Positions 37,328 through 48,978 of a stretch of DNA of 64,000 nt are shown here, piece after piece. Made by a program: the position numbers and the translations under genes. Under the pieces are notes generated by a model. That model was given only the letters and a program-made list of their open reading frames with translations, was not told the DNA's origin and searched no databases. Every line of letters starts with the position of its first letter. Position 1 is the first letter of the stretch. This stretch comes from a virus (taxonomy: Duplodnaviria; Caudoviricetes), in the IMG/VR virus record IMGVR_UViG_3300031994_000011, positions 1 to 64,000 of that record. One strand, 5' to 3'.

Positions 37328-39294
37328 CGCATACAATAAGTGGAAATATAGTACAAATAAGAAGTCCTGATGAAACTTCTATCAATTCATTAAAAGTATA
37401 TTTTTCACCAAAACAATCAGGAAGTGGCACTCCATCACCAACTAATATAAGAGCAATTACTGGATGGACTGATTTTAACATTTATAAAGGAAAAAATATA
37501 ATTCCATCTATAGCAGAGTATGTATCTGGAAAATTTATTTCTGATACTGGTGATATAGGATCAACTAGTTATTATATGTATTTAAAAAATTTTATTCCAG
37601 TTCAGCCTAATACAAATTATACATTTAGCTTTAATAAAGTTTCTGCTGCTAGTCGCGCGGTTACAGTACCATTTTACAACGCAAATCAAGAATTTATAAG
37701 TCGTATTGTCGCGATGAATAATACTAAAGAAACAGGAAATCTCAATTGTAGTTTTACAACTCCTGAAAATACATATTTTATACGAGTATCACTTCCAGAT
37801 CGTTCTGAAAATATACAACTTGAATTAGGCACAACAGCTACTTCATATATAGAAACTGCGCCAATTGAAATAACATTGGAGAATACATATTATTATGGTT
37901 ATATGGATCTCGTAGCTGGACAACTTGTAAAAACACATGGATATATTGAATATGATGGCAGCGAAGATGAAAATTGGGAAGATCAAATTTTTCAAGATAA
38001 TTATAATTTTTATATAACTGCACCTTCGGATGCAAAAGTTAATACAACTCTTAATGATGATCTTATATGTAACGTGTCTACTAGTTCTGAAGGAAGCTTA
38101 CAAAATAATAAAATAAAAATCTCTAAGGCAAGATATTTTAATGCTGATATTGGAACAGCATTAAATATTTCATCTGCTTCTGATTTTAAAACATGGTTAT
38201 CAGAGCATCCAATGCAAGTAGTATATAAACTCGCAACGCCGGAAACAATTCAACTCACTGCTCAACAAATGAAAGTCAATCAGGGAGCAACAAGCATATG
38301 GAGTAATTCTAATAATAATGTAGAAATAAATTATAATTTACATGAAACATCAGAAATACAAGCTATAAAACATAGCATACTTGTTATGTCTGCAGATAAT
38401 GGATATCAAGAGGTTGAATGGTTGTATAGGAATAAGAATAATGCCGGTCCATATTGTCGATTAAATTGGAATTTAGTTATAGGTGATCAAATAACAACAA
38501 AAACACTTATGCTTGATACAGCAAAAACAGAGTCAGCATTTGGCGCAAGCACAAGCCCAGGCTCGGTAGAATTATATTATAAAGTAACTAGTGGAGATTT
38601 AACAACATGGCAATCTACTAGTAATACATGGATTGATAATACTACAACTACTTTAAATATACCAAATGAACTTAATACTACAGTTATTAGTCCATTTACA
38701 TTTCAAATGTGGGGCTGCTATCGCATAGGCAGATATCCTTTTATGGGGCGTTTATATGGAGTTACTGTAAAAAATAGTAATAATGTTTTAATACACAACC
38801 TTGTTCCTTGTTTTAGAAAACGGGATAATATTCCAGGATTTTTTGATAAAATTACGAAACAATTTTATCCTAATGCTGCAGATACGGGTAGTTTTGAATT
38901 ACCTGTATATATAGGTGGTTTACCAGTACTTATAAATAATGCTTATTTTAGTTCTTCAATAGACGGAAATGGAAAATTTAATAATTATTCTGAAAATAAT
39001 GACTGGTTTCTTACTGGTCCATTTGATACTGGAAGTTCATAGTCTAAAAGTTATACGTGTACACGACATAGCTCAGCAATAATCGGTAATACAAGTAATA
39101 AAATACGTTTTTATAACGATATTAATGCAGATAGTATTGATTATTGGATATTAAGCGGTTCTGATGAACCACGAACTTTTACATCTAGTGGACGATATAT
39201 AATAATTGGTATATACAAGCCAAAAGCTGCAGACTCTTATTTATATGATAATACCAATCAACGTTATATTTTTAAAGGTTCTAATGTAACCTAA
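37315..39294 (+). CDS. tail-associated protein (659 aa, one TAG)
   Basis: PKQSGSGTPSPTNIRAITGW, IQLELGTTATSY and VVYKLATP tail motifs. Confidence 0.75.
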
Positions 39295-39308
39295 AGGAGG
39301 AATTTACT

Positions 39309-39578
39309 ATGACTTATTATGCTCAAAGAAAATCTATTTTAAATGGTGAACCCCAGACTGTTAATAACAGATATGGCACTAGAAAAGAAATGGAATATCA
39401 ATTTTATCTTTATTGCGCGAACGCGGTAAAGAATGATGCTGGCTATGAAGTAGACGCAGTAGAATGGGGTACTGTAGAACAGGGTGCTCTTGAAAGAAAG
39501 CGTTGGATCAATGAAGTTGAACCAGCTCAATAGGTTGAACCGGCTCAATAGGTTGAACCAGAGGAAGAAAATCCTTAA
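39309..39578 (+). CDS. hypothetical protein with EVEPAQ repeats
   Basis: AAGGAGG RBS; repeat EVEPAQ/*VEPAQ/*VEPEEE. Confidence 0.7.
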
Positions 39579-39701
39579 TTAACGTATGAAAAAAATAATG
39601 AAACTTTCATTTATAAAAAGTACTTTTAGAATGAAAGGAACTGGGGTTCTGATTATACAGAACCCCACTTTTTTTATAGTATATTATCAGGAGGGATAAA
39701 T

Positions 39702-39983
39702 ATGCCTTCACTAGATTGGAACACAGAAAGACATAGAACAAGAGATCTATTATTAGAACACATTTATCCTTGGGAAAGTGATGGAAGTCAAAACATTCCT
39801 TCTCAAAAATAGATTATGTTTGGAACTTTTGAAGATTTTCCTGAAATTGGAGATTCAGATAAACTTTATTTTAATACAGATGATAAAATTTTATATTATT
39901 ATGATAATAAAATATAGGAATATTATCCTATTCATAGTTATACTATAGATAATATAGCAGTAATTCCAGAATAGCAGGAATAA
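39702..39983 (+). CDS. hypothetical protein (TAG-recoded)
   Basis: GGAGG RBS; FPEIGDSDKLYF motif. Confidence 0.6.
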
Positions 39984-39995
39984 TGAGGTGATATT

Positions 39996-40493
39996 ATGAA
40001 TATAATGACGAAACGCGGACAAATGGATAATGTTGTTACCTATTAGTACTATTGTGATACAGCTAACGACCTTCAAAATATACCACAATAGCACACCACT
40101 CTAGGAAGCGTTGCTATTGTTTTATCTGGCAGTGATGGAGGTCTTTAGATATATATTGCTAATTCTAATAAATAGTGGAATCAATTAACTTCTATAGGTG
40201 GAAGTGGTAGTAGTAGTAGTGATATTGATTTATCTAATTATTTATTAAAAAGCGATATTGCTGCTTGGGCAAAGACAGAGAATAAACCTACTTATACTGC
40301 TCAATAGGTTGGCGCGCTACCCTCTAATACAGTTATTCCAAGTTTAAGTGGGTATGCTACATAGGCTTATGTAAATGCTAGAATTCCTACTCCTCCACAA
40401 AATAATGGTACATATAATTTACAATTAACTGTAAATAATGGACAATTAACTTATCAATGGATAAATATGAGTTCTTTCCTATAGGCTGATTAA
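39996..40493 (+). CDS. minor structural protein (TAG-recoded), paralog of 42154
   Basis: KRGQMDNVVTY*YYCD...TLGSVAIVL; KPTYTAQ*VGALP. Confidence 0.7.
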
Positions 40494-40524
40494 TTTTATA
40501 ATTAATAAAAAAGGAGTGATTTAC

Positions 40525-41130
40525 ATGAAAATTAGTGAATTAGCTTCAGTAAATGATGATACAGCGCCTTTTTCAGGCAATAGATATGTAATTATAGATC
40601 AAGTTGATAATGGTCCAAATTATTCTCATCAAACAAAAAAATATGCTTTATCAAATTTTGTTCTTACTAATGATTTATCTAACTATGCAACTTTTAATGA
40701 TTTATCTGATTATATAACACAAAATGATTTGTCTGGTTATATCACTCAAAATGATTTATCTAACTATGCAACTTTTAATGATTTATCTGATTATATAACA
40801 CAAAATGATTTGTCTGGTTATATCACTCAAAATGATTTATCTGACTATGTTACTCAGGATAATTTATCTAATTATATAACTATTAATGCATTAGGTGATG
40901 AACAAATTCCAATGATGATAAGTAGTAATGAATATAGCGGAGTAACCAGTGATTACATAGTAAGACGTGCTTATGCATCAGGGAATGTATACTCATAGAT
41001 TAATAATAATCCTCTTAGTGATTATGATTTATTAATTAGTGCACATGATCAAAATGGCAATTATCAATAGTTATTAAAAGTAAGTATTACTGAATTAGCC
41101 CAATATATCCAAAATTATTCTCCAACGTAA
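40525..41130 (+). CDS. structural protein with 9-aa NDLSxYITQ repeats
   Basis: 27-bp tandem repeats ~40669-40880; reads through TAG to TAA 41130. Confidence 0.7.
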
Positions 41131-41143
41131 AGGAGTTTAAATA

Positions 41144-42130
41144 ATGAAGCTACAATTATTAATTCCTCAATATAAAGAAACAGAAAAAACTATTAAGTTT
41201 ATGCTTAATAGTATAGAACAACAACTTAATATCAACTTTAATAAAGACTTTGAAGTCTTAATAGGAAATGATGGCTCTGATATACTATTATCTAAAAAAT
41301 TTCTTCAGAACTATTCATTTCCTATAAAATATTACAAATTCTAGCATACTCGACTAGCAGGTTGCCGCCAAAAGCTTTTTGAAAAATCTACAGCAGATTA
41401 TATTATGTACTGTGATGCTGATGATGCTTTTATAAGTACAATCGCGCTCTCACTTATATTTAATTTTATAAAAGATAATTTTGATATATTAAATTGTACT
41501 TTTTTTGAATAGCATCATAAAGAAAATGGAACATTTTATGTTCCTCATATAGATGATAAAACATTTGTACACGGTAAAGTATATCGGCGCGCCTTCCTAA
41601 TAGAAAATAATATTAATTGGCATCAAGAATTATATGAACATCAAGATGGTTGTTATACAGCATTAGCATTGTCTCTTTCAAAAAAAACACTTAATTGTAA
41701 TATACCCTTATACCTATGGCATAATAATCCAAACTCTATTGCTCGTAAAGATGGCGAATTACATATAATAAAAACATTTAATCATTTCTTAGATGCGCAA
41801 ACTTATCTTGTTAATGATTATCTTGAGCATAAATTATAGACAAGCGCTATATACCATGCCAATTATATTATGTATTATTGTTATTACATAATGATGAATA
41901 ATTTATGGTATTTAAACTAGAATTTTAGTTACCGAAATAATGCTTATGCTAGAATAGCTAAATTTTATAGAAACTTTAAATTTCTTTTAGAAAAAGAAGT
42001 TGATTAGGAAAAATTAAAAAAAATATTAACCTAGCTTAAAAAAATACTAAATGAAATGTATCCACAAAGACTAACTCATTCTTTACCAGAATTTGAAAAA
42101 TGGATGCAATGTATTTTAGCATTATATTAA
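41144..42130 (+). CDS. glycosyltransferase family 2 (TAG-recoded)
   Basis: LLIPQYKE, IGNDGSD, YIMYCDADD, FVHGKVYRRAFL. Confidence 0.85.
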
Positions 42131-42153
42131 TTATAAAAAGGAGTGTGACTAAA

Positions 42154-42351
42154 ATGGCATATATAACATCAAAACGTGGCCAAATGGATAACATAGTCAC
42201 ATATTAGCATATATGCGATCATATTGAAGATCTCGCTAATATAGATCCACATGATATTACCTTAGGTAGTGTAGCAATTGTTCTATAGGGCAATTCCGGT
42301 TTAGAAGTATATATGGCAAATAGTGAAAAATAGTGGGTCTCTTTAACTTAA
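42154..42351 (+). CDS. small protein, paralog of the 39996 N-terminus
   Basis: KRGQMDNIVTY*HICD...TLGSVAIVL*G..GLEVYMANS. Confidence 0.7.
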
Positions 42352-42377
42352 ATTAACTAAAAGAGGTGAAAAAATCA

Positions 42378-44183
42378 ATGGATATTATAGATATTTTACT
42401 AGCAAAAGCAATGACCCCGCAAGGTCAAATTGAAACTTATGCTGCTAAAGCCGCTACTGCCGCAACACAAGCAAGCCAAGCCTTATCAGAAGCAAATGAA
42501 GCAATAGAATATTTAGACACTATCTCTTCTAATGTTGGCGCGGCCGCAGCTACAGAAATTGATAAATTAGCTTTAACCTTAACACAAACAGATGCTTCTT
42601 CTTATATCAGTAATAATATTTAGGCTTCTTATCCCAGTAGTAAAGAAGAGACTCTTACAGATGTTGTAAAATATTATAAAACAACAGGCAATAATGAAGA
42701 TGGCACAATGACGCAAAAAGCTATTACTGAAGCGCTTTCTAATGCCGGTGGCGGGCCCTTTAATCTTGGTGCTGATAATGCAGGAAAAATTGTTGTTATT
42801 GATGAGAATGGTAATATTATTTCAAGTACTAGTATTAGCGAGTCTGATTTAATAGATATATTAATGAAAACAGATGATTTCTTAGTAGATGGTGTTGTTG
42901 GTTTAAATATTGATTATACTAACTATACTTATACCAGAACGCAAGAAGCAGAAAATTATAATGATAGCTCTGATTTTAATAAATACGCTATGTATGGTGG
43001 AAGAAAACGTTGTCTTGTTTCTAATAATGGTGAAATTGTAGCTTTTTATGGTGATAATAATTATAATGAAAACTCATCAAACGGGTATCAAGTAATGGTA
43101 TATCAGCCAAAATTTTATTATTATAGAAATATAATTAAAACAGACACTGTTTCTAATTCACAAATAGTTCGTAAAGAAAATATCATGATAAGCTCTACAC
43201 CACAACCAGGTTTTAAATTACATCCATTATTTATTAACGAAAATAATGAATAGATAGATTACGTCTTATTGCCAGCTTATGAAGGTTCTATCTAGTCTTC
43301 TGATAATAATTCTTATACTAATAATGTAATTCAAAATTTTGCTAACCAAAAACTTTCTTCTGTTTCAAATGCCTATCCAATTACAGGCGAAAATAACTAG
43401 TTAACAATAACTAATGCTGAAAAATTAGCAAATAACAGAGGAACGGGTTGGCACATAACAAATCTTCGTTTTGAAAGTGCTATGCAAATGCTACAAATGG
43501 TTGAATATGGTGGCTTAAATAGTCAAGAAAATATTGAATCTGGTATTTCAGATATTAGTGGTTCAAATGTATCTATAATTACTGGTTCAACTTCTACTTT
43601 AGGACAAGATAATTTTACTGGCCATGCGAGTCAAACTACTTTTTTAATCTCTGGAAGTTTAACAACTTATTCAGAAGAAGGAAAAAGAGCTATTGCTTAT
43701 CGTGGGGTTGAAAATCCTTGGGGTAATCTTTGGCGCTATGTTAATGGTATTAACTTAATTGGAAATGGTCTTAAACGTGGCGGTCAACCATACATTTGTA
43801 AAAATTATAATTATGATGAGGCAAATAATTATTAGGCATTAAACTTTACACTTCCGAATGCTTCTGGATGGATTTCTGGTTTTGGCTATAGTGGAGATAA
43901 ATATGATTGGGTATATCTTCCCGCAGAGTGCAATGGTGGAAATAGTTCTTTCCCTATTGGTGATAATGTTTGGCCAATGCCTAATTTAAATGGTACTAAT
44001 ATTGTTTCGTGTGGTGGCGCGGCATCTTATGGACTAAATAACGGAGCTTTTTATTATGCTGGAGATAGAAAAGCAACAGAATATACCTCTAGACAAAACG
44101 CCCGCTTAATGTATATTCCATTGTTATCTAATCAATATTATGCTTCTAATATTGTAAAATGGCAAAGTCATAACGGAGGATGA
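42378..44183 (+). CDS. tail fibre/collar-type protein (601 aa, TAG-recoded)
   Basis: Joins ORF fragments 42366, 42708, 43482, 43977; QVMVYQPKFYY, GFKLHPLF, YRGVENPWGNLW. Confidence 0.8.
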
Positions 44184-44188
44184 TTATT

Positions 44189-44446
44189 ATGAAAAAAATA
44201 ACTAAAGTTCATAGCGATATATGTCCTCCAGAAATAAAAGTTATGGAAGGATATGTATTTGTTGCTTCTAATATTACCTAGTATACTGAAACAATAGATG
44301 ATAAATAGGTAACTGGATATTAGTATTCTTATACAATATATACTAAAGATTAGTATATTACATTGATAGCACAGCAAACCAAAGCAATTGAATAGCTTCA
44401 AGACGAGCTTTAGGCCGCAAAAATATTATTAGGAGTTGATGACTAA
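44189..44446 (+). CDS. small tail-assembly-type protein (TAG-rich)
   Basis: GGAGG RBS; ends EL*AAKILLGVDD. Confidence 0.6.
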
Positions 44447-44847
44447 TGGCTAAAAGTTTGAAATAGTTAGCGTTACAGATGCGCCCTATGATATAGTAGG
44501 CGGCTAGTTCGTTATCAGATAATGAAGCGTTAAAAGCGGTTAATCTTTTTCCTAAATGGGCAGTAGACAAAACTTATGAAACAGGCGTAAGAGTAAGATA
44601 TAATAAGGTATTATATAGATGCTTACACTATCATACTTCTAGAGAAACTTGGAATCCTGAAGCCTCTAGTGTAATATGGGAAAGAGTTGTTGCTACAGAG
44701 TAGCCAGAAGAAATTATTGAAGAATGGGATACTAATAAAAAGCCTTATTCTAAAGGTTCTAAAGTAACCTATAACGGAGATACTTGGGAATCTACTGTTA
44801 ATAATAATATATGGACTCCTGGTATTTATGGTTGGAATAAAATATAA
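44446..44847 (+). CDS. CBM5/12-like carbohydrate-binding protein (TAG-recoded)
   Basis: FPKWAVDKTY..GVRVRYNKVLYRC, YSKGSKVTYNG..WES..NNNIWTPG.YGW. Confidence 0.7.
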
Positions 44848-44850
44848 AAT

Positions 44851-44880
44851 TGGGCTCGCGTATGCGAGCCCTTATTTTTT
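44851..44880 (+). terminator. intrinsic terminator ending the structural region
   Basis: GGGCTCGC-GTAT-GCGAGCCC followed by a T-tract. Confidence 0.85.
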
Positions 44881-45031
44881 ATTATTTGACTTTTTTTTAA
44901 AATTATATTATAATAAATATGTTGAAAGGGAAAATAATCCTGAGTAAACCCCTATGAAGAATCTGCAGAATTAGTAATAGGAAAATAGGGTAAGATAGGA
45001 CTTACCAAAAAAAATAAGGAGAGGAACTTAT

Positions 45032-45331
45032 ATGAAATACTATAGTGAAGTTACTAAGAAGTTCTACGATACAGCCGAAGCTTGTAATAAGGCAGAAGTA
45101 GAAATGGTTGAAAAGCAGAATGTTGAAAAGCTACGCAAAGAGAAGGAGGCCGCAGAACGTAAGGCTGCCGCGGACCAAGTAGAGGCCGCGAGAAAGGCTT
45201 ACGTTGAAGCGCATAAGAATTATAAAAAAGTTCTTACGGATTTTTGCGAAAAGTATGGACCTTATCATACTTCTCTGAATAAGAGTAATGCTGATGACTT
45301 TGATATTTTTGATATTTTCCACTGGCTATAA
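45032..45331 (+). CDS. hypothetical coiled-coil phage protein
   Basis: RBS and sigma-A promoter at ~44886. Confidence 0.7.
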   Translation: MKYYSEVTKKFYDTAEACNKAEVEMVEKQNVEKLRKEKEAAERKAAADQVEAARKAYVEAHKNYKKVLTDFCEKYGPYHTSLNKSNADDFDIFDIFHWL

Positions 45332-45356
45332 TAATAGGGCGCGTGAGCGCCCATGA

Positions 45357-45430
45357 CGGGGTATAGCGCAGTCTGGTAGCGCGTTCGGTTTGGGACCGAA
45401 ATGCCAGAGGTTCAAATCCTCTTACCCCGA
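45357..45430 (+). tRNA. tRNA-Pro(UGG)
   Basis: Cloverleaf; TTCGG-TTTGGGA-CCGAA anticodon arm. Confidence 0.92.
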
Positions 45431-45492
45431 TTATAAGTTAGCCCTTCAATTTTAAATTATATTTAAATCCTTACTTATTTGGGGCTAACTAT

Positions 45493-45565
45493 GGGGCATT
45501 AACTCAGTGGTGAGAGTGGCAGTCTTATAAACTGCTGGTCCTTGGTTCGAATCCAAGATGCCCTA
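45493..45565 (+). tRNA. tRNA-Ile(UAU)
   Basis: Cloverleaf; GCAGT-CTTATAA-ACTGC; A73. Confidence 0.88.
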
Positions 45566-45650
45566 CTAATTTTGAAACGAATTGTAAAATTCGTTTCTTT
45601 TTTATTTGACTAAAATTAAAATTTAGTATATAATATAAAGGGTGAAAGAA

Positions 45651-45998
45651 ATGAAAAACATTTTTATTTATGTAGATTATCTTAAAACCGATTATAGTTT
45701 TTCTAATGTAATCGCGCGCCATCTTAATCTATTAAATAATAATGAAACAATTGATGAAGTTTATATCGCACGCTCGTATAATAAAGCTATTGAATTACTT
45801 GAAACTTATAAAGGTGACAATATAATTATAGATTTAAGCTATAATCTATGTGAAGAAAAAACTGGGCTTGATATTTGTAAATACATTACAAAATTTAAAA
45901 TCCCAATATTATTCTTTCATATTCATTCGGTTGATTTAGAAAAACGTTTTGAAATGAGAGAAGAACTATCACAAAATGGATATAAGGAGTTTTCTTAA
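45651..45998 (+). CDS. cyclic-phosphate-processing receiver-like domain protein (possibly degenerate)
   Basis: IYVD...ARSYNKAIELL...IDLSYNL.EEKTGLDI...HIHS pattern. Confidence 0.5.
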   Translation: MKNIFIYVDYLKTDYSFSNVIARHLNLLNNNETIDEVYIARSYNKAIELLETYKGDNIIIDLSYNLCEEKTGLDICKYITKFKIPILFFHIHSVDLEKRFEMREELSQNGYKEFS

Positions 45999-46588
45999 TG
46001 TATAATATTTATTTTACTTCAGACCTACATTTTGGGCATGATAAAGATTTTATGTATGTTCCTCGTGGCTTTTCTTTTATTGAGGAACACGATAACGCAA
46101 TTATTAAAAATTGGAATGAAACCGTGCGGCCGCAAGATTATGTATATATTTTAGGAGATTTAGTCCTTGGCGATTTAGATAAGGGACTAGAAAAATTAAA
46201 TAAACTTAATGGCGCAAAATATATGATTCGTGGCAATCATGACACAGAAAATAAACTTGATAGATATTACATTGAAACCGATATTATGCCTATGGAAAGC
46301 GATGAATATACACTAGCATCTACTTTTCAAATTGGAAAATGGAATTTTTATCTAAGTCATTATCCAGTATGCTTGAATGATTATCGTTGTGCTTCTAGTA
46401 GTAGGAAATGGTGCCTTTGCGGGCATAGTCATACTAAAAATAAATGGCAGGATATTGAAAGATGTAGCTATCATGTAGAATTAGATTGCCATGATAATAG
46501 ACCCGTCTCTCTTGATGAAATTAAAAAAGATATAAATTGGTTTAAAGCATTATCCGACGAAGAAAAAATTAAACTCATAAATAATTGA
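45998..46588 (+). CDS. calcineurin-like metallophosphoesterase
   Basis: SDLHFGH, LGD, GNHD, SHYP, GHSH. Confidence 0.9.
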   Translation: MYNIYFTSDLHFGHDKDFMYVPRGFSFIEEHDNAIIKNWNETVRPQDYVYILGDLVLGDLDKGLEKLNKLNGAKYMIRGNHDTENKLDRYYIETDIMPMESDEYTLASTFQIGKWNFYLSHYPVCLNDYRCASSSRKWCLCGHSHTKNKWQDIERCSYHVELDCHDNRPVSLDEIKKDINWFKALSDEEKIKLINN

Positions 46589-46636
46589 CTTATTTTTAAA
46601 ATTCTGCTATAATATATATGTAAGAAAGAAAAGGAG

Positions 46637-46861
46637 ATGAAAAAAATGTTCCACTATGAAGTAAGGTACTATGATGAAATTGATGGCGAAAACACTGTTG
46701 ATGAAGGAATTGTTTACGGTCAGGACATTGATGAAGCTGCGAAAGAAGTTAAATTTTATTATGGTCGCGTTAACGTAATTACTGTTTCCCTTACTCCTCT
46801 TGAAGATGAAAAAGTAATGTCTCTTTCGGCAATTAAGGAAGAATTTAAGATGGAGGGATAA
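46637..46861 (+). CDS. hypothetical protein
   Basis: Promoter and AAGGAG RBS. Confidence 0.65.
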   Translation: MKKMFHYEVRYYDEIDGENTVDEGIVYGQDIDEAAKEVKFYYGRVNVITVSLTPLEDEKVMSLSAIKEEFKMEG

Positions 46862-47015
46862 TTATGAGGAAGCTAGTATTTTCATCTCGTTGGTCTAAAG
46901 TAAAGCAAGCACTTGAGGAAGATAACTGGCAGACTTACGCGCTTCGCACAAATTGCGGCCAAAGAATGCGCTACCGCTTGCTCGTATACAAACAAATATA
47001 AGAGAGGATAAATAA

Positions 47016-47663
47016 ATGAGAAAGTACGAAAAAATTGAAACTATCTATGCTCGGGATACTCAAGGAACGAAGAAACTGATTCCTGGTGAGTTTAGAGATG
47101 AAACTATTCATTCGCTTGCTAATATTAGGTGGATTTGGACTGAAAAAGTAGATGGCACGAATATTCGCATTTATTGGGATGGACATAAAATCAGTTTTGG
47201 TGGTCGGACTGACTCAGCAATGATTCCTAGTCCTCTCATGAATCGGCTTAATGAACTATTTGGCGGTACAGTAAATGAGGAAGTATTTGAACAAATCTTT
47301 GGTGAAAAAGAAGTGATTCTTTTTGGCGAAGGTTATGGTAACAAAATTCAAAAAGTTGGAAAAGACTACTTGCCCGATAGTGTAAACTTTATTTTGTTTG
47401 ATGTACTTATTGGAGATAACTATCAGCCTAGAGGAACTGTTGAAAAAATCGCGGCAGCTTTTAATGTTCCTGTTGTTCCTATTGTTGGATATGGTACTCT
47501 ATATGATGCAATCAGTTATGTAGAGGCCAATCCTAAGTCTATTGTGGCGCAAGAACGTTGTAGCATGGAAGGTATTGTATGCAGGCCTGAAATGGAATTG
47601 CGCGATAGGTGCGGCAATAGGATTATCGTAAAAATTAAGTGGGAAGATTTTAAAACAATTTAA
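47016..47663 (+). CDS. Rnl2-like RNA ligase (adenylation domain)
   Basis: TEKVDGTN, LFGEGYG, FILFDV, EGIVCRP, IVKIK. Confidence 0.85.
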   Translation: MRKYEKIETIYARDTQGTKKLIPGEFRDETIHSLANIRWIWTEKVDGTNIRIYWDGHKISFGGRTDSAMIPSPLMNRLNELFGGTVNEEVFEQIFGEKEVILFGEGYGNKIQKVGKDYLPDSVNFILFDVLIGDNYQPRGTVEKIAAAFNVPVVPIVGYGTLYDAISYVEANPKSIVAQERCSMEGIVCRPEMELRDRCGNRIIVKIKWEDFKTI

Positions 47664-47677
47664 TATGAGGTGAGAGA

Positions 47678-47917
47678 ATGGCTTATCATCACATTAGAAG
47701 TTGGAGACGACATCAAGATTGGACTAAAGCCCTTCATAAGCGTGAAATGGACAGAGAAGTAAAACCTGGTTCTAAAGATACTTATGATAATTTACATCAG
47801 TATAGTAAAAATAAAATAGGCAATTCTTCCCAAAAAGAATCTTACTACGGTAAAAGAATCAATGAACGTAAACAATATGATAGTTTGACAGAGCAGGAAA
47901 AAACTTATACAATTTAA
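47678..47917 (+). CDS. small basic hypothetical protein
   Basis: GAGGTG RBS; HQYSKNKI motif. Confidence 0.6.
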   Translation: MAYHHIRSWRRHQDWTKALHKREMDREVKPGSKDTYDNLHQYSKNKIGNSSQKESYYGKRINERKQYDSLTEQEKTYTI

Positions 47918-47926
47918 TAGAATTTA

Positions 47927-47985
47927 TAGGCGCAGTACAGCAAATTCAGAACAATAAATTGGCTATTTATTTATTCGCGCGCCTA
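47927..47985 (+). ncRNA. small stem-closed RNA motif with CAGCAAA (copy 1; others at 61301-61370 and 61942-62012)
   Basis: TAGGCGC...ACAGCAAA...GCGCCTA. Confidence 0.45.
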
Positions 47986-48090
47986 GTTATAAAATTCCGC
48001 TTTAGCGGAATTTTTTTATTTTTTCTCTTGACTTTCTTTTAAATTTCTGCTATAATATTTATGTAAGAAAGAGAAAGGAAGGTAAGAAAA

Positions 48091-48936
48091 ATGGCCGTTG
48101 CTAAATCTTATGAGAACATGGAACTGATGGGCCAGCCTTTTGAACGCAACAGTAAAATGTATGTTAAGGTTAAGAGCAAGTGCCCTCGCTGTGGTGGCTC
48201 TGGTCATTATTCTTACAACCAGATGGATGGCACCCGTTGCTATGGTTGCGGTGGAAGCGGCATTAAAGTAATGGAAGTGCGCTGGTATACTGATGCTCAG
48301 CGTGCCTCTATGGATAAGGCCGCTGAAAAACGCGCGGCTGAGCGAGTTGCTAAGCAGGAAGCTCGCCGCGTAAAATTTGCCGCGCGCAATGCTTTTGGTT
48401 TCGGTGAAAAAGGCTATATCACTCTTATTTGGGGTGATAATGAAGAAATTAAAAAATGGCGTGAAGATCTTCCTGAACATACTGTCTGGTATAATAATTT
48501 CTTTGGTTGGTTTATTCCCTCTAACCGTGAGTATGAAGGACTTGAAATTCCCGAAAATATTAAGCATGAGAAGTTTGATTGGGAAAAAATTCGTAATAAA
48601 GAAGACCCTGAGAACCTTGAAATGATTGATAACGAAGAAGTTAAAAAGATCGTTCAAGAAATTATTTATGAACCTAGTAAAAGCGAGTATCAGGGTGAGG
48701 TGGGTCAGTGGCTTGAAAAAGATGTAAAAATTACTAAGCGGCTTGCTTTTGAATCTAACTATGGCGTAAGTAACATGCATATTATGGAAGATGCCGATGA
48801 AAATGTGTATATCTGGAATACCAGTTCTAAGTCTCTAAATGAAAATCAAACTTATCATCTTAAAATGAAAGTTAAAGAGCACAAAGATTATCAGGGAACC
48901 AAACAGACTGTTGTATGGTATTGTAAAGTAAAATAA
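48091..48936 (+). CDS. zinc-finger (CxxCGG x2) protein with OB-fold-like C-terminus
   Basis: CPRCGGSG, CYGCGGSG; KVKEHKDYQGTKQT. Confidence 0.65.
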   Translation: MAVAKSYENMELMGQPFERNSKMYVKVKSKCPRCGGSGHYSYNQMDGTRCYGCGGSGIKVMEVRWYTDAQRASMDKAAEKRAAERVAKQEARRVKFAARNAFGFGEKGYITLIWGDNEEIKKWREDLPEHTVWYNNFFGWFIPSNREYEGLEIPENIKHEKFDWEKIRNKEDPENLEMIDNEEVKKIVQEIIYEPSKSEYQGEVGQWLEKDVKITKRLAFESNYGVSNMHIMEDADENVYIWNTSSKSLNENQTYHLKMKVKEHKDYQGTKQTVVWYCKVK

Positions 48937-48978
48937 TCCACAGCCTTGATAAAGGCCAAGATGAAAGGAGAATATTAT

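Noticed and set aside
19521-44847. Structural region as a field of pseudogenes or sequencing errors
   Set aside because: The interruptions I read are all TAG, frames stay intact for kilobases, and an amber tRNA is encoded
31466-44847. Diversity-generating retroelement acting on tail fibres
   Set aside because: No reverse transcriptase in the window, and the duplicated segments do not show adenine-specific differences
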